Positions 10,881 to 23,490 of a stretch of 64,000 nucleotides of DNA are shown piece by piece (positions within the stretch are counted from its first letter, which is position 1; every line of letters begins with the position of its first letter). Both the position numbers and the translations under genes were made by a program. The stretch is taken from the NCBI GenBank assembly GCA_013239625.1, contig MU054187.1, positions 7,141,757-7,205,756 of the forward strand, read 5' to 3'. The notes beneath the pieces were generated by a model. That model searched no databases and was not told where the DNA came from. It saw only the letters and a list, made by a program, of their open reading frames with translations. Source of the stretch: Lama guanicoe (Eukaryota).

Positions 10881-13516
10881 AAGACACCTGATTACTTACA
10901 GAAGCAGAAAAGGGTCCATTAGATGTGATGGCTTTAATGACAAAGATCGTTGGTATCTTCAGTGAGGATGGTTTCAGTGGAGCGAGCGGTGCTAGCTGAA
11001 GTCAGGACATTCTTATTGCCTCTTCATCCTCTTCCCTCATCCTTTAAAACACAGTTGCATCTACTTGGGAAAGGATGGAGAAAGGCAAACAAAATGTTTA
11101 GAGAACCCTCAGGATCAAGCAGAGATGACCCCTGCAAACAATCTTGGGGTCTTGGAGCCCTGCTGCCCTGGACCTCATCTAGGGGACAGGTTGGCTGCAT
11201 CACCTGGGGCTCTTCAGAGTTGCAAGAGCCCAGATAGACCCCCATCCACTTTAAACAGTTGTAAAGTTTCCATGATAATAAGTCAATTTGATCTTAATCT
11301 TCTATTCTCCCCAATTACTTAACCCTGTGCCAGGTACACAGTGGACTTTAATTAAATATAGATCCTTTTAAGTTGCCTGACCTACCTGAGCAAGGAGAAG
11401 CCCACAGTAGTCACCCGTCTGGAGTTTTACAGAACACAGTGTCCTGTCCTTCTGACGGCTGAGTTAAATTACATTTTGATTCCGATGTCTGGTCTTTCTA
11501 GTTACTATGGAGGTAGAAGTGTTTGTATCAATTGTATATAATTCTTCACTGCATCACAACTCTTATGTTTACATGAATTTGTAGCAAATCTCTCACTGTA
11601 GTCTCAACTTCTTTTCCCAGTACTTCTCTTATCCATTCTTCTTTCCCGTTCAAAATATATTGCAAAATTCACATGCTCACTACCTCTGGCTTAGACTAAA
11701 GTAACAACACCCAAGGTGATCTTTGTGCCTCCAGCCACTGTTTGTTCTAATCCATCATCAGATGCCCTACCTCCAGGCAAATGATCCCAAAGTGAGTTAA
11801 ACAGCTCAGCGTCAGTTACATTACACAGTGAGAGACCACATTCTTAAATATCTATGGGGAATTTTAATTATTTCTAGAGCATGTAATGTGCATTTATCAC
11901 TTCTGGTTGTCTGTGTTTCTGCCTCTTTACCTCTCATTCTCCCTGACTTGATAATGAATTCTTTGAGGTTGGGATGGTTTTCAGCAGGTCTCATCTCATG
12001 AGTAAGACAAATGCAATGAACAAGTCTTTTCTCTGGTTACACACCCGTTCACAGTGTGTGGGTACTGAGTTCAATGATTTCAGTTGTCACCAATTAAGGA
12101 CCGAAATACGGGGGGGGGGGGTGCACATTGCCCGTATATGGTCAGACGCCGGCCATGGGTCTGCTTGCTCTTCTCATTATTTCATGGAAGTCAGTCAGTC
12201 CTGACGCCACATTTTAAACACACTTTTAGACAAATAGAAAATGCAAGATTGGTATGGGCACCATTAAAGATGCTACAGAACAATTATACTTCACGGCTTT
12301 ATACCAACTGAAACAGTATTTTCTGCATCTGAACGATGTTCGTTGCCACTTCCAGTCCAACAGTATTTGTGACAGGACTGCTTTTGTTTTATCTCCTGCA
12401 GGATCTTAATTAAACCTTTCAAACTGTTTTAAAAGTCCAGAGAATGCCAAAAAGATGTGTATTTTTTTTAATGAACCTTCATTTGAATTAATTCTGATTT
12501 CCCACCAGTGCCTGCGAAAAGAAAAACATCTTCTTTTGAAAGAAAAGAGAATGCATTTGCAAGATTATTCCCCCTTGGGAAAAGTGGATTTATTTTCAGA
12601 ACGACACTGATTCATGTTCCTTTTCCTCAACTTATAATTTATAATTTAATTTTTATTCACATTTAATATTCATATTTGCATGATAAAAAAGGTGCTACAG
12701 CTTTTTTTTTTAAAGTCCTTTAATGGGTTGAATTGCTAAAGAGAAACACCCAAGGAATGAAAGAGGAATAACAATTTTCAAGTCTCCTATTGGAGCGATT
12801 TGCATAACTCTCTAATACACGCCTCGTTAAGTGTCATTGGCAGGTGATGGTCTCCCTTGTGGAAGGTTTGAGAGGAATATTACTTGGCAATTTTCATGGC
12901 AGCTCAGCAGAGTCTTTCAATACTTTGTATGGAATTAGCTCCATCTAGAACTTCTGCCCTTCAAATCGAACTAATTATCCAAACTGTCTCTTAAGAGAGG
13001 TGAGAATTCAGACTGGCTGGTGAACACACTGCCGAAGGCTCTGCTCACGCCGGCCCCCCTGCAGCTGCACTAAAGCCGTGCCAGTCAGGTGGGCTGAACT
13101 CATTCTCAGAAGAAAGATAACATGTTTTAGAAGAATAAGAGAAACGTCTCATTCTCAGAATGTTAGGATAAAAAGCTCTTCTAAGCACTATACCTTCAAT
13201 TCTCCAAACACCCCTTTGAGGTAGATGCACACATGGCTCCCTTTAACAGAAAAGGAAACAGCTGTAGATAAATTGTGGTCCTACCGCTGGTCAGATGTCA
13301 GAGCCAGGGACACACTCAGGTCTGATATGGAAACTACGCTCCGAATAACTGGCCGTTTATAAAAGGAGACGGAGAGACCAGAGCTCAGGAAAACAGGAAT
13401 GTGATATTCTTCATTTTGGCACATTGGTCCAAGCTCTTTAGAGTTTGTGTCCAGAGCAATAGACCTGCCTTGATTTAGTCAGGATTGTTACAGGGTTTTT
13501 TTTCCGGGTCAGACAC

Positions 13517-13695
13517 TGTCAGTCAGCTTAGGCTGCCTTAACAAAATACCATAGACTGGGTGCCTTACACAGTAGAAATTTACTTTCACACAGGAGGCTA
13601 GAGGTTCCAGACCAGGGTGTCAGCGTGGTTGTGTTCTGATGGGTGCCTCTTCCCGGCTTGTAGAAGGCCACCTCGATGCTGTGTCCTCAGATCAC

Positions 13696-13730
<35 letters not shown>

Positions 13731-13821
13731 GAGGGAGCGAGCAATCTCCCTGGTGTCTGTTCTTACAAGGGCACTAATTCCATGTATGAATTTAGAAGAG
13801 GGTACAGTTCAGTCCATAGCA
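13517..13821 (-). mobile_element. MaLR LTR (MLT1A-like) containing a (GA)n tract at ~13697-13728
   Basis: ggctgccttaacaaaataccatagactgggtg...agaaattta...cttacaagggcactaattcca...cagtccatagca, with TG...CA ends. Confidence 0.8.
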
Positions 13822-14479
13822 GGTACCAGTCCATGAATTGGAGCTGAAAAGTTGAAAAAGACCTAGCTTTCACTTCAAGGGAGTATGAATTTAAGGTGAT
13901 ACATGAGCAAGTTATTACGAAAATTGCAGGGCCTAAAATTAAGAGATATACAAGGTGTCTGACAGCACCAAGGAGGATGCAGTTAGTTTTGTCGGGTTCG
14001 GGGGGCCAGGGGCCGGATGAAATTAAAGCAGGTCTAACAGAGGAAGAGACTTTGCACTGAATCTGTACTCTGTGTAAGTGTTTTGCTAGTCGTACACAGG
14101 GCTGCAGCGGCCCTGCGGTTCGTTGCCTGTATGACCAGGACATACACGTAGGTCAGTTCTTTTACGAGAAAAGAAACATTATGATGTTACGGGTTGACAA
14201 CACACACACAGAATCACCACAGAGAAGCTCAAGATTGACAAGCCTTCCTATGGATTCCGAGATTCTAATCATTGTCTTAATCCCTTACTCTTAATCATGA
14301 ACAGACACCCAAAGGCTGACATACCTAAAGAGAGCCTTTAAAGCGAAGGATAATGAGCAATGCAGGGCAGAAATAAAATACACTTTGAGAAGCATAGACT
14401 GTGCTAAAAGAAGTAAACACAGTGGAGGAAAAAAAAAACCCTCTATTGTAACATTCTAAATGAAATAAGAAAAGATTTT

Positions 14480-15225
14480 GCAATACCAGACAAGGTGCTT
14501 TAAGGAACACTGAAAACTAAACTGAGCTCTTGGAAATTAAAAACATGATAGCAGAAATAAAGAACCCAGTAAGAGCTGATAAAATTCCTTTCCTGTAAAA
14601 AGAATGGAAGCCAAAGAAAATGAAAAATTCAAAATAAAAGAAAGTTAGAAGAATAGTTATGAAAGTCTAAATCCAGCATCCATGTAGTAGGAGTTCTGGA
14701 AAAAGGTGGTGGGGGTGTGGAATCAATGAAGCAACTCAGGAACACTCCCTAGGACAGTAGGACGTGAGTTGTCAGACTGAGAAGCTCCAAGATAAATCCA
14801 CAGTCAGGCACGTCACTGTGAAATTTCAGAGCAATCGGGACAATTAGAAGATGCTACAAATGTCTAGAGGAAAGAAACAAAAACAGGTCAAATACAGAAA
14901 GATCAAATTAGAATGACTTTATTTTGAGGGGGAAGGTAATTAGGTTTATTTATTTATTTCTTTAATGGAGGTACTGGGGATTGAACCCAGGACTCTGTGC
15001 ATGTTAAGCATGCGCTCAACTAGTTGAGCTATGCCCTCCCCCTAGAGTGACTTTTTATTTCTTTAGACATAGTGGAAGGTAAAGGACAATGGAGAAAAAC
15101 TCCTGAACTTGAAAATTGGAGGAAAAATTATTTCCTATTATAAATATAGACCAGGCCCAACTATTAATGAAGTGAGGACATAGTAAAGACGTTTTCAGAC
15201 AAACAAGATCTCTGAAAATTTACCT
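14480..15225 (+). mobile_element. Ancient L1 ORF1-derived segment (HAL1/L1ME-like), interrupted by a SINE
   Basis: A-rich, with ORF1-like motifs (gagctcttggaaattaaaaacatgatagcagaaataaa, ggcacgtcactgtgaaatttcagagc, aaagacgttttcagaca). Confidence 0.65.
14921..15042 (-). mobile_element. tRNA-derived SINE, camelid vic-1-like
   Basis: The minus strand reads GGGGGAGGGCATAGCTCAACTAGTTGAGCGCATGCTTAACATGCACAGAGTCCTGGGTTCAATCCCCAGTACCTCC...AAATAAACCTAATTACC, with Pol III A/B boxes. A 12-bp TSD tagaatgacttt / tagagtgacttt lies at 14909-14920 and 15043-15054. Confidence 0.9.
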
Positions 15226-15227
15226 CA

Positions 15228-15278
15228 TATACACACACATACACACACTCACCCACTTCCACTCACACACACACACTC
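15228..15278. repeat. Imperfect (CA)n microsatellite
   Basis: acacacacatacacacactcacccacttccactcacacacacacactca. Confidence 0.85.
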
Positions 15279-15879
15279 AGTTTTCCTCATGCAACAATGG
15301 AGGCTTTGTTCTAGCAAACATGGGAATGAACAGAAAACAACACACAAGCGAGAGAAACTCGTAAGAAGTAAGAAACAAGAGATCTCAAACAGGAGAGAGT
15401 AATGGGCACCCTGGTCAGGCAGGGAGACCCCAGAACATCACTGCTCACAGGCGTGGTCCAGACTGAGGCATAGAAGAAAGCCTGTGGCCCCCGACAGCCC
15501 AGGTCAGTCACTCTTCCCTCCGAAGTCCAGATACGGCGCAAAAAGACTTGGAGATGCAGGTGTGGGTGGTAAGAGAGATGGTAAGAATCAGTAGGAGGAG
15601 GTAAACCGAGGGTCATGAAGTGATGATGACAAGTCACCTGTTTTCAGGCGATCAGGGGGACAGAGATGGGGTGGAGGTGAATCTGAGCTGAAAAGGGTCT
15701 GGGGTTCACCTTCATTGCTTCAGTCCAACAAGTCTACTTCCACCTCCGGGAGAGACTTTCAATATAGAAGAGTGAACTTTCACTGGGAAAAATGTCCCAA
15801 GTCACTTCTCTGTATGACAGGTGGTTGTTGACATATTTTAGGATTTGAATTTTAGAACTCTTAACTCTGGCTCCAGAAG

Positions 15880-16400
15880 AGAGAATACATTACAAGGAAG
15901 CAAGGCTAGAAGAAAGGAGACCATTCAGGAGGCTGCAGTGATACTGCAAAATATTTTTTTAAAGTGACTATAAGGTTGGACAAAGAGGAAAGGACAGGAT
16001 ATATCCCTGTGAAAAATGGGTGGACTCAACATAGAACTTGGTAAGGCAAAGTGAGGCAGAATGATGGTGAGTCCCAGATCTCTGGTTTAGGCAACTGTTT
16101 GGGTGGTAATCTATCTGCCAAAATCCAAAAAAAAAAAAAAAATTGGAGAGACGGAGCAGATTGGTAGAGGAAGATAAAGATGGTCCATTTCGAGCATGAA
16201 GCATCTACTTGGAGATGGCTAGTAGGCAGCAGGATAAACGGGTTTGGAGTTCAGGAGGGAGCTAGGATGTTGTATTTTGGCAACAGGAGATAGATAAACA
16301 ACAGGTGATTGTCAACACGGTATGAAGAGATCCCTCGTGAGGAGTAGAAAAAGTAAGAGGGACATGGAATTGTGGTGAATCATGAGCAAATAGCGGGTAT
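15880..16400 (-). mobile_element. L2 LINE fragments
   Basis: ggagaccattcaggaggctgcagtgata, tcccagatctctggtttaggcaact, ggagatggctagtaggcagcaggata...ggagttcagg. Confidence 0.65.
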
Positions 16401-17076
16401 GGGAAGTGGGAAACACTGAAGTAATTGCTATCTTGGAAAGATTGTATTGGAAATAAAATATGCCTCTTTTCCTTTGAATCTTCAAATACAATTGAACAAA
16501 AATCATCTGCTCTGGCCAAACCTCATGGCCCTGTCTCCCTGAGGGACCAAAGGGATGTCTCCGGCAGGAGGACCTCAGGGAAAGGCTGGCAGCCGAGAAC
16601 CCACCTGACGGAGGCTGCCTTCTGTGAGCAGTGGCCTCGCCACCGGGCAGAGCAGCGGGGACCTGTCCGGAGCTGAATTTGCTGCCATTCTGAACGCAGG
16701 CTGCAGTTAATTCTCCATGACGCTCCCTGTTTTCCAATTTAGAAAATCTTATTCAGGAACTTGTTCTGATCTCAGCCTTGAAAATCAGGACACAGATTTT
16801 TAAGCGTGAGAATATTTTAGAGGCTTGCAGAATTTCAGCAGCTGTTATCTCATACGTTAAGAAACACAGCAAACGAAAGAAACAAATAAGCAAGAAGCAG
16901 AGACTGATGGAATCCTGTGTTTTAGGTTCTTCTGTGACTCAGCCTCATAAATTAGAATGTCACTTTATAAACTGCACTTACACTCAGAAATTGTACTTCC
17001 CCAAAGAATGTGATTTTGGGCTTTGAATTTGTGAATTGGAATAAGAGTGTTTTTCATGGTTAGTCTAAATGTCCAA

Positions 17077-17195
17077 GGGGATGTGTACAGCTCAGTGGCA
17101 GAGTGCATGCTTAGGTCCTGGGTTCAAGCCCCAGTACGTCAATTAAAAAATAAATAAACCTAATTACCTTCTCCCCCCCCCAAAATAAAATGAAA
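17077..17195 (+). mobile_element. tRNA-derived SINE, vic-1-like, with internal deletion
   Basis: GGGGATGTGTACAGCTCAGTGGCAGAGTGCATGCTTAGGTCCTGGGTTCAAGCCCCAGTAC...AAATAAACCTAATTACC. It shares its 3' part with the 14921 copy but lacks ~11 nt between the A and B boxes. Confidence 0.85.
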
Positions 17196-20100
17196 TACCT
17201 AGTCCAACCACTCCCCAAATTAAATATGCTTCTCATTTTTCCTGTCAGCTCTTTTGTAACCATGGCCCTAGTCAGTTTTTTCTTATTTTATAAAGACAAG
17301 CCTGAAATAGAGTTCTGTATTTCTGAGTTTGCCTGCAGCTAAGACCATTCAGAGCAGATAGAGAAACCCCAAGTAAGGAAAGACAATGGACGTGGCTAGT
17401 AAATTAGCGTATTACCAAATACCTGATGATTTTATTAAGAGTCCTTTTGTGTAAATGAGTCTTTTTTTTTTAAAGGGTATTCTCTAGGTTTTCTAAACTC
17501 AGGCATCAGAAAGGTCAAGTTCCAGTATGTGATGCTATATTGCAGTTTAATTCTGCTTATAACTTTCATTGTTTCAGCTCTTTTGTTCAGGCTAGAAACA
17601 GTATCTAAAACCTTTCAACTCTCTCATTGTTTAAAAGGTCTGCCTATCTATGGAATTCTATTTTTCAAAAGAGCTATCTAAGCATGTCTGAAATTCGCTG
17701 TTATTTATCAGCGGCTCAGAACAGTTTTGTAAATATTTCATAGGTATACAATGGAACCTCTTAAGATGTCAGAATCCATTTTAGAAACTGAAGTAATATA
17801 GTGTAGCATATATTCAATAATATTTACTTTAATAGACTGGTTGGTCAATACTCTACATTTCATTATATTCATTTGGATCCATTTTACATATGCACTGGGT
17901 AAGAAGCACAGTGCACCTTGCTGTGTGCCCACAGCCAGTTCTTGGTAAAAGGAAACTGGGGCTCCCACAAATAAGCAGCTCATCCTCTTAGCATCTTTTG
18001 TGTTTGCAGCCCATCCCCCAACTGTTCATTTCTCCCGTGAGCAAAAAGCTGGAGGAAGTAAAAGAAGGGACCTTCATGGTTTACATGTTGTCTTATCAGC
18101 CCCTTCGTATCACGGAGGCAGGAGCCTTAGGCTGTTCAGCATTCTGTCCGCAGTACCAGAAATATAACATGGTTCCCTGCACGCGATCAGCAATCAGTAA
18201 ATACACTTCAGTGAGTGCAGGGTGCCAGCGGTTGGTGCTTTCTGTAAAACAGACCGTGGAGATGGTACAGTAGGAAGAGCCCTGCCCAGGAAAACAGGCT
18301 GCAGCCTATTATATGTTCTGCACCTTCTGGGGTGACCTTGGCCAAGACTGCGTCTCAGTCTGAAGTTCCTCATTTGAGGAATCAAGATAAAACTGCTGAT
18401 CCCGTCCCTCAGCAGTCACCAAGTGGAACAAATGGGGAAAACTCTGGGAACGTGCAAATAACCCAGCAGACAGCAGAAAACAGAATGGCTACAGAGAATG
18501 TAGATCTCGCGGTTTATCTCGGCAGTCCATGTGCCTTTCTGTTTATCGCTTTTAATTATTTGCACTAACGAAGAGCAGCCAGGTCATGGATAATCCCAAG
18601 CACTCGTGCTTGGCTTTGGAATTAAAATTTGAATGCGCTCTGCGTAACATTCTGAGAGTGTGTTCTCACAAAATCATGAGATCACGGCGAAGTTCCAACC
18701 CTATGGCACTGTTCCCGTGACAGTCTCTCAACCTTCCCCTGCATTAAAGGATTCTTTTTAGATGACCAGCCCCGTGACAGTTGTGCAGTGAGCCTCAGAA
18801 ACACGACACACCATCCTTGGGCAAAATTTAATTTGGTCTTGAGGATGTAGTGCAAGATTCTTCAGTAAACGTTGGAAAGAGTCATTTTGTTTATTTGTTT
18901 GCTTTATCTGGAAAGAAACAAATTGAGTTTCTCTTTGGGGAACTGAGGCAGCAGAAGCTCAGGGTTCTAATTTATCACTGCTCGGCATATTATGTGGAAA
19001 TGAGGCTGACCCACTCAGATAATTTGATGGTGCACTTTTGAATAAATGAATATATCACACCAGGAAGATATTGAGTCGTATATTGAGTCTTTTAAATAAG
19101 TACAGTAGTCATAGCTTTCCTTCCACTCAGTGATTTATCATTGATGAAACGTGGATTTTTGAAATAGTGTTGAAGTAATTTATTTGTTTTCTAGCCTGTG
19201 CATTTGTTGATTTGGTTAGTAATTTTAGCCTCCCTCTGCAGCAACTGGCTGGTAATCTACTCCTTGGAACTTCAGGAAGTGAAGTATTACCCAGTCATTT
19301 CTCTCCCTTCTGCCTGCAGGCTACACTGTAATTCTAACCTGTTCTACCTTGCTAGGGACATATTTTCAAGTGTCAGAATGTTCTGCATATTTACACTGGA
19401 GTGCATATCTGGAATTCAGGAGTTCTTCAAGGCTCTTGAAATGGGGCAGTGATGGGGAGAAAGGAGTGATAAACAGTGAGCAGTCCAGCCCCCTGAGAGG
19501 AACATCCCGGGAACCCCTCCCCATGTGGAATCCATCCTGTTCTCCATCCAAGAGTCCATTCAGTCAGAAACCATTCCTGTCTCCACGGGGTCACTGTGGC
19601 CCCGGGCTTGACTATGCCAAGGTCACGACGGTAAATTCCTACCACAGCCCAGAGGTAACAGGGGGACGCACATTCCACTCCGTCTCCCAGCCCCTGCCGA
19701 GCCAGCCTCTGAGATGACTCCCTCGGGTTTGTCTCTTCTGTCCCCATGAGGTCAGTGACCCGCCGGGAAGGACTCGCCTTCAGGGGCCTCCAGTTCTCAC
19801 AAGGAGGACGAAGTTAGACCTGAGCCCAGGTCCCGGCTGTGGCGCAGCAGCTCTGCGTTAGGGTTGTTGCACGTATCTCGCGGTGCTCTGGAAGGGTGAA
19901 GTGGGGTGATGGCTGGCAAACACCTCAGGGCTGTGCAGGTATTAAACTTTCAGTTTTTTAATGGATGAATGTGACTCACAAGTACTCTGCTTTTGCTCTT
20001 GTTGTGACAACAAAGGGTTTATGAGACTGAGGTTTTCCAGTACCATCCACTGTGCTGGATGAGATGGGAGGCTGTGATCTATTTAGTGTGTGCAGCTTTC

Positions 20101-22399
20101 TGGCCTGAGGGTAAGACTGGACTGGCCGTGCAGTGGGCTGCGTCCTCTCCGGCTGGCCGAGCATCCCAGGGGGAGGTCTGCCTGCTTGGCTGGCCTGGAG
20201 CATCCCAGGGGGCGGCAAGGGTTCCTGACTGAGCACAGGAACAGGAGACGTGGGACCCGGGTTTTATGCCGGGTCTAATTTGGTGAGTGATCTTGGGCGA
20301 ACCACTTTCCTTCTCTTCTTTCTCTTAAAGGGAAATAGTTGATTTTACGGCCACACCTCACAGAGGTGTAGTGAAGATTAACAGAGACTATCTGGAGCAG
20401 ACTCAGAAGGAAACAGCCCAGAACACACCACTGGTTTTATAATGTACGATTAAGTGTGTGGATAGTGAGGAGGTGTCCCCAGGCAAATTATATACTTAAA
20501 AACTAGACCTCGTTTTAGTCCCCTTTCTTAGAAAAGTAAAGAAACGAATTCTGGGTTCTAACCAGTTTCTTGCCGGCGCTCATTTAGAGGAAGCAAAGCC
20601 CCTTTATGCTGAAGGCGGGCACACTGCCATCTTCTGGACCATACCTCCTTCTCCTCCCCCTTCCCTCCCCTCCCCCTCCTCTCCCACACTACCTAACAAT
20701 ACTAAAAATCGAAGTTAAAATTTAAAAACAAAGCTCACCTTTGCTAAGAATGGATACAGAGAATGAAGACTTGGGTAAAGATGACCTCGTTTCTTACTCA
20801 AGGGTTTCTTGTCCCTTCTCTTTTAGGACAACTGTTCTTTATTAAGTGTGTGTGATTTAAGGGGCTCAATCTCTATGAATAACAGAACAACAGGACTGGC
20901 ACCCACAGCATTTTCTTCCATCTACAATATAAAGAATAACCATAAGCACCCCTTTGACTCAGTCTCAGTATCTTGAAGCTTTGGCGTTTTATCCTTGAGA
21001 TGTATACCACTGGACCCAGTGCTTTAGACCTCTTGACACGAAGCGCAGTCGGTCACAGCGCTGCTAACCTGTTCGGCATTCTGTGGCTTTCCGAGGAGGC
21101 AGGACCTGGCCTCGGGATCCCTGGATCTGCAGGTGCTGTCGTGAGAACGAGTGCTGCTGTGGCTAGCCAGGAGGTGGCTCCTTCCTAAAAGGGCCCCGAT
21201 TTTCTTTTGGAAATGGATCTTTCTGCTGTTATGTGTGGTCCTGCCGGGAGGGAATGGCTGCAGATTTTTAAATCCCAGTAGTGGGGTCCTGACAAGTTAA
21301 AATACAGAAACCATGGTTCCTGCTCCCTGATTTTTGTCCCTCTGTAGTTTTCTTGGTTTCCACCTGTTTCTAAGACTGGTCCCTAGTCTCCTGCCATTTC
21401 TGTGAGACCCACATCTGCTCCAGCACATACACACACTGATACCTTCCCAGATAAACATTTTCGTACTCAGGTAGCTAGATTTGCTGTCTTTTGCTTCTTT
21501 CGAAGAATCTTAATAATTTTTATTTTGTTAATTTTTAAAATGAAAACCCTCATAAGAATGCAATAATAAACCACATAGCTTCCTGGTAGTAACCTTTCAC
21601 AGAAAAAATGATATTTTTATTCTTCCAACATGATTCTACCCCCACTTAAGCAGTTCTCTGATGAAGAGACTTTTAATGATGCTTACTTATCTGTATTCTA
21701 AAGTCATTAAAATCTTGGCACTAAATTTTCAGTTTTAAGCATCTAAGTCTTAAAACTATTTTCAAGAGCACCTGAAAGGATATAACAGAAAGTTCTTAGG
21801 CATGAGATTTTTTTTTTAAGTGAAAAAATGTCAGACAGGCTCTCAAAGATCTCAGCTCATGAAGAGAAGTAAGACGCATTGTTACCTGGTCTCCTCCTGG
21901 GTGACCTGTCTCCCACGTAAACTTTAAAGTTTCAAGCGTGTGAGAATGGAGGCAGCATACTAAAACATTTTTCAAAAGATGAGCGCCTAGAAGAAAACAA
22001 CATGAATTTCTTGAAAACCACTAGATACAGCTCCCTTTTTACCTGAAAGCATCTGTTACAACCGTCTTCCTCCACACAAACAATTGTAAGTGTTCAGCAT
22101 TGAAGGACGGGGACAAACACGTACCTCGCTCAGCTTCTGCTTATCTGCTTTGAAAATTAAAAATGTATGTATAAGAACCAGAATCATGGCATCAATATAA
22201 TTAAGATTCTCTTGCTTAAAACCTGGAAATCAGCTGTAAATCACCTCTGGCATCATAAGCGATTCCAAGGCTTCAGAGAGGCTTGTCGTGTGTACAGAAT
22301 GTTCCATGTGATTCCACTGTGTCGTGCCGCCAGGGCTGATCACTGGGCTGCAGAAAACTTCCTCCCTACCCAGGAAACACGTGCAGATTCCCATGATCT

Positions 22400-22770
22400 G
22401 GTGATCCCTCCCTGTCCCTCTGACTTCATCTAGATGGTCTGGAAGAACTCAGAGCTCCCCAGACGTCCAGGCTCTTTCACGCCTGTGCCTCGGCTCGTGC
22501 CGACGCTTCCCCTGAAATTGCGTCCCGTGACCGTCTGCCTGGTGAACGCAGATGCAAGAACCAGCCAGGTGTCCCTCCTCTGGGAAGTCACCGCTTACTT
22601 CGGCAGAAGCAGGCGTGACTGCTACCTTGGTTATAGCTTCAGTGCCCTTTCTGTGGGTGTCTACCTCCTGTTTCTATTTGTCCTTGTGTCTGCCTCTCTC
22701 TGTTAATGAAGCTCCTTGTGCCTAGTGCTGCCCCACTTCGTGTTAATTAAGCAAATGTCTCCAAGTATTG
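22400..22770 (+). mobile_element. L2 LINE 3' fragment
   Basis: gctctttcacgcctgtgcct...gtccctcctctgggaagtc...gaagctccttg...cctagtg. Confidence 0.5.
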
Positions 22771-23314
22771 CGCTCTCAGTTGCGGCACTACAGTGGTGTC
22801 ACTGTCATCAGAAGCACAAAAGATAAAAGGTGGCAGGAAGCAAATAATTAACTACTTAATGGCAATTAGACTGGTGTGTTGCTATTCATTTGCTTAACAT
22901 GTAGACGGATAGATTTTGACAGGGATGGTGACTAATTCCATTTGGACATGATCAGTTTTAAGTACTAGCCGGGCATCCAGGTGGAGATGCCCAACAAGGC
23001 AGCTGTAGATGGGAAGTGAGTTCAGCTATGGATGATACCCCAAGAGGAGAACATGTGAAGGGAAGAGGCAATAAGATTGTTAGAATCCTTTAACACTGAT
23101 GCTCACATCACAGAGTACACCAAATGTTCTTGCTGCGTCTTTCGTGAGAGTAGGGCCAGTTACCAGACCTCCAGAGAAGGGGAATTAAAAGAGGGGGAAA
23201 GCAGTTCCAGCATCAGGTCTCCCCCCTCACCGCACTCTCCTCCCTGTATCGTAGAGTAAGCTGTAGACACGCAGGCTTCCACACACGGTTTCTGCACAAG
23301 ATTCCCGGAAATTC

Positions 23315-23490
23315 CAGGAGGCAGTGTGGTCTTTGTTCAGCTTTCATCTGAGAGTGAAGAAGTTAATTGATTTTTCATGCTACTGTTTCTGAGTTTCAAT
23401 TTGTACATTTGTGAAATGAGGTTAAGAATACATAACCTACCTATCTGAAAAGATTATTGCGCACATTAATACATGCAAATAAGCTCTGTA
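23315..23490 (+). mobile_element. MIR SINE
   Basis: ggaggcagtgtggt...tctgagtttcaatttgtacatttgtgaaatgagg...acctacctatctgaaaagattattg. Confidence 0.55.

Noticed and set aside
14960..15042. tRNA-like sequence (also 17077-17140)
   Set aside because: It is the tRNA-derived head of a SINE, with an AT-rich tail and, in the first copy, a TSD. It is not a tRNA gene.
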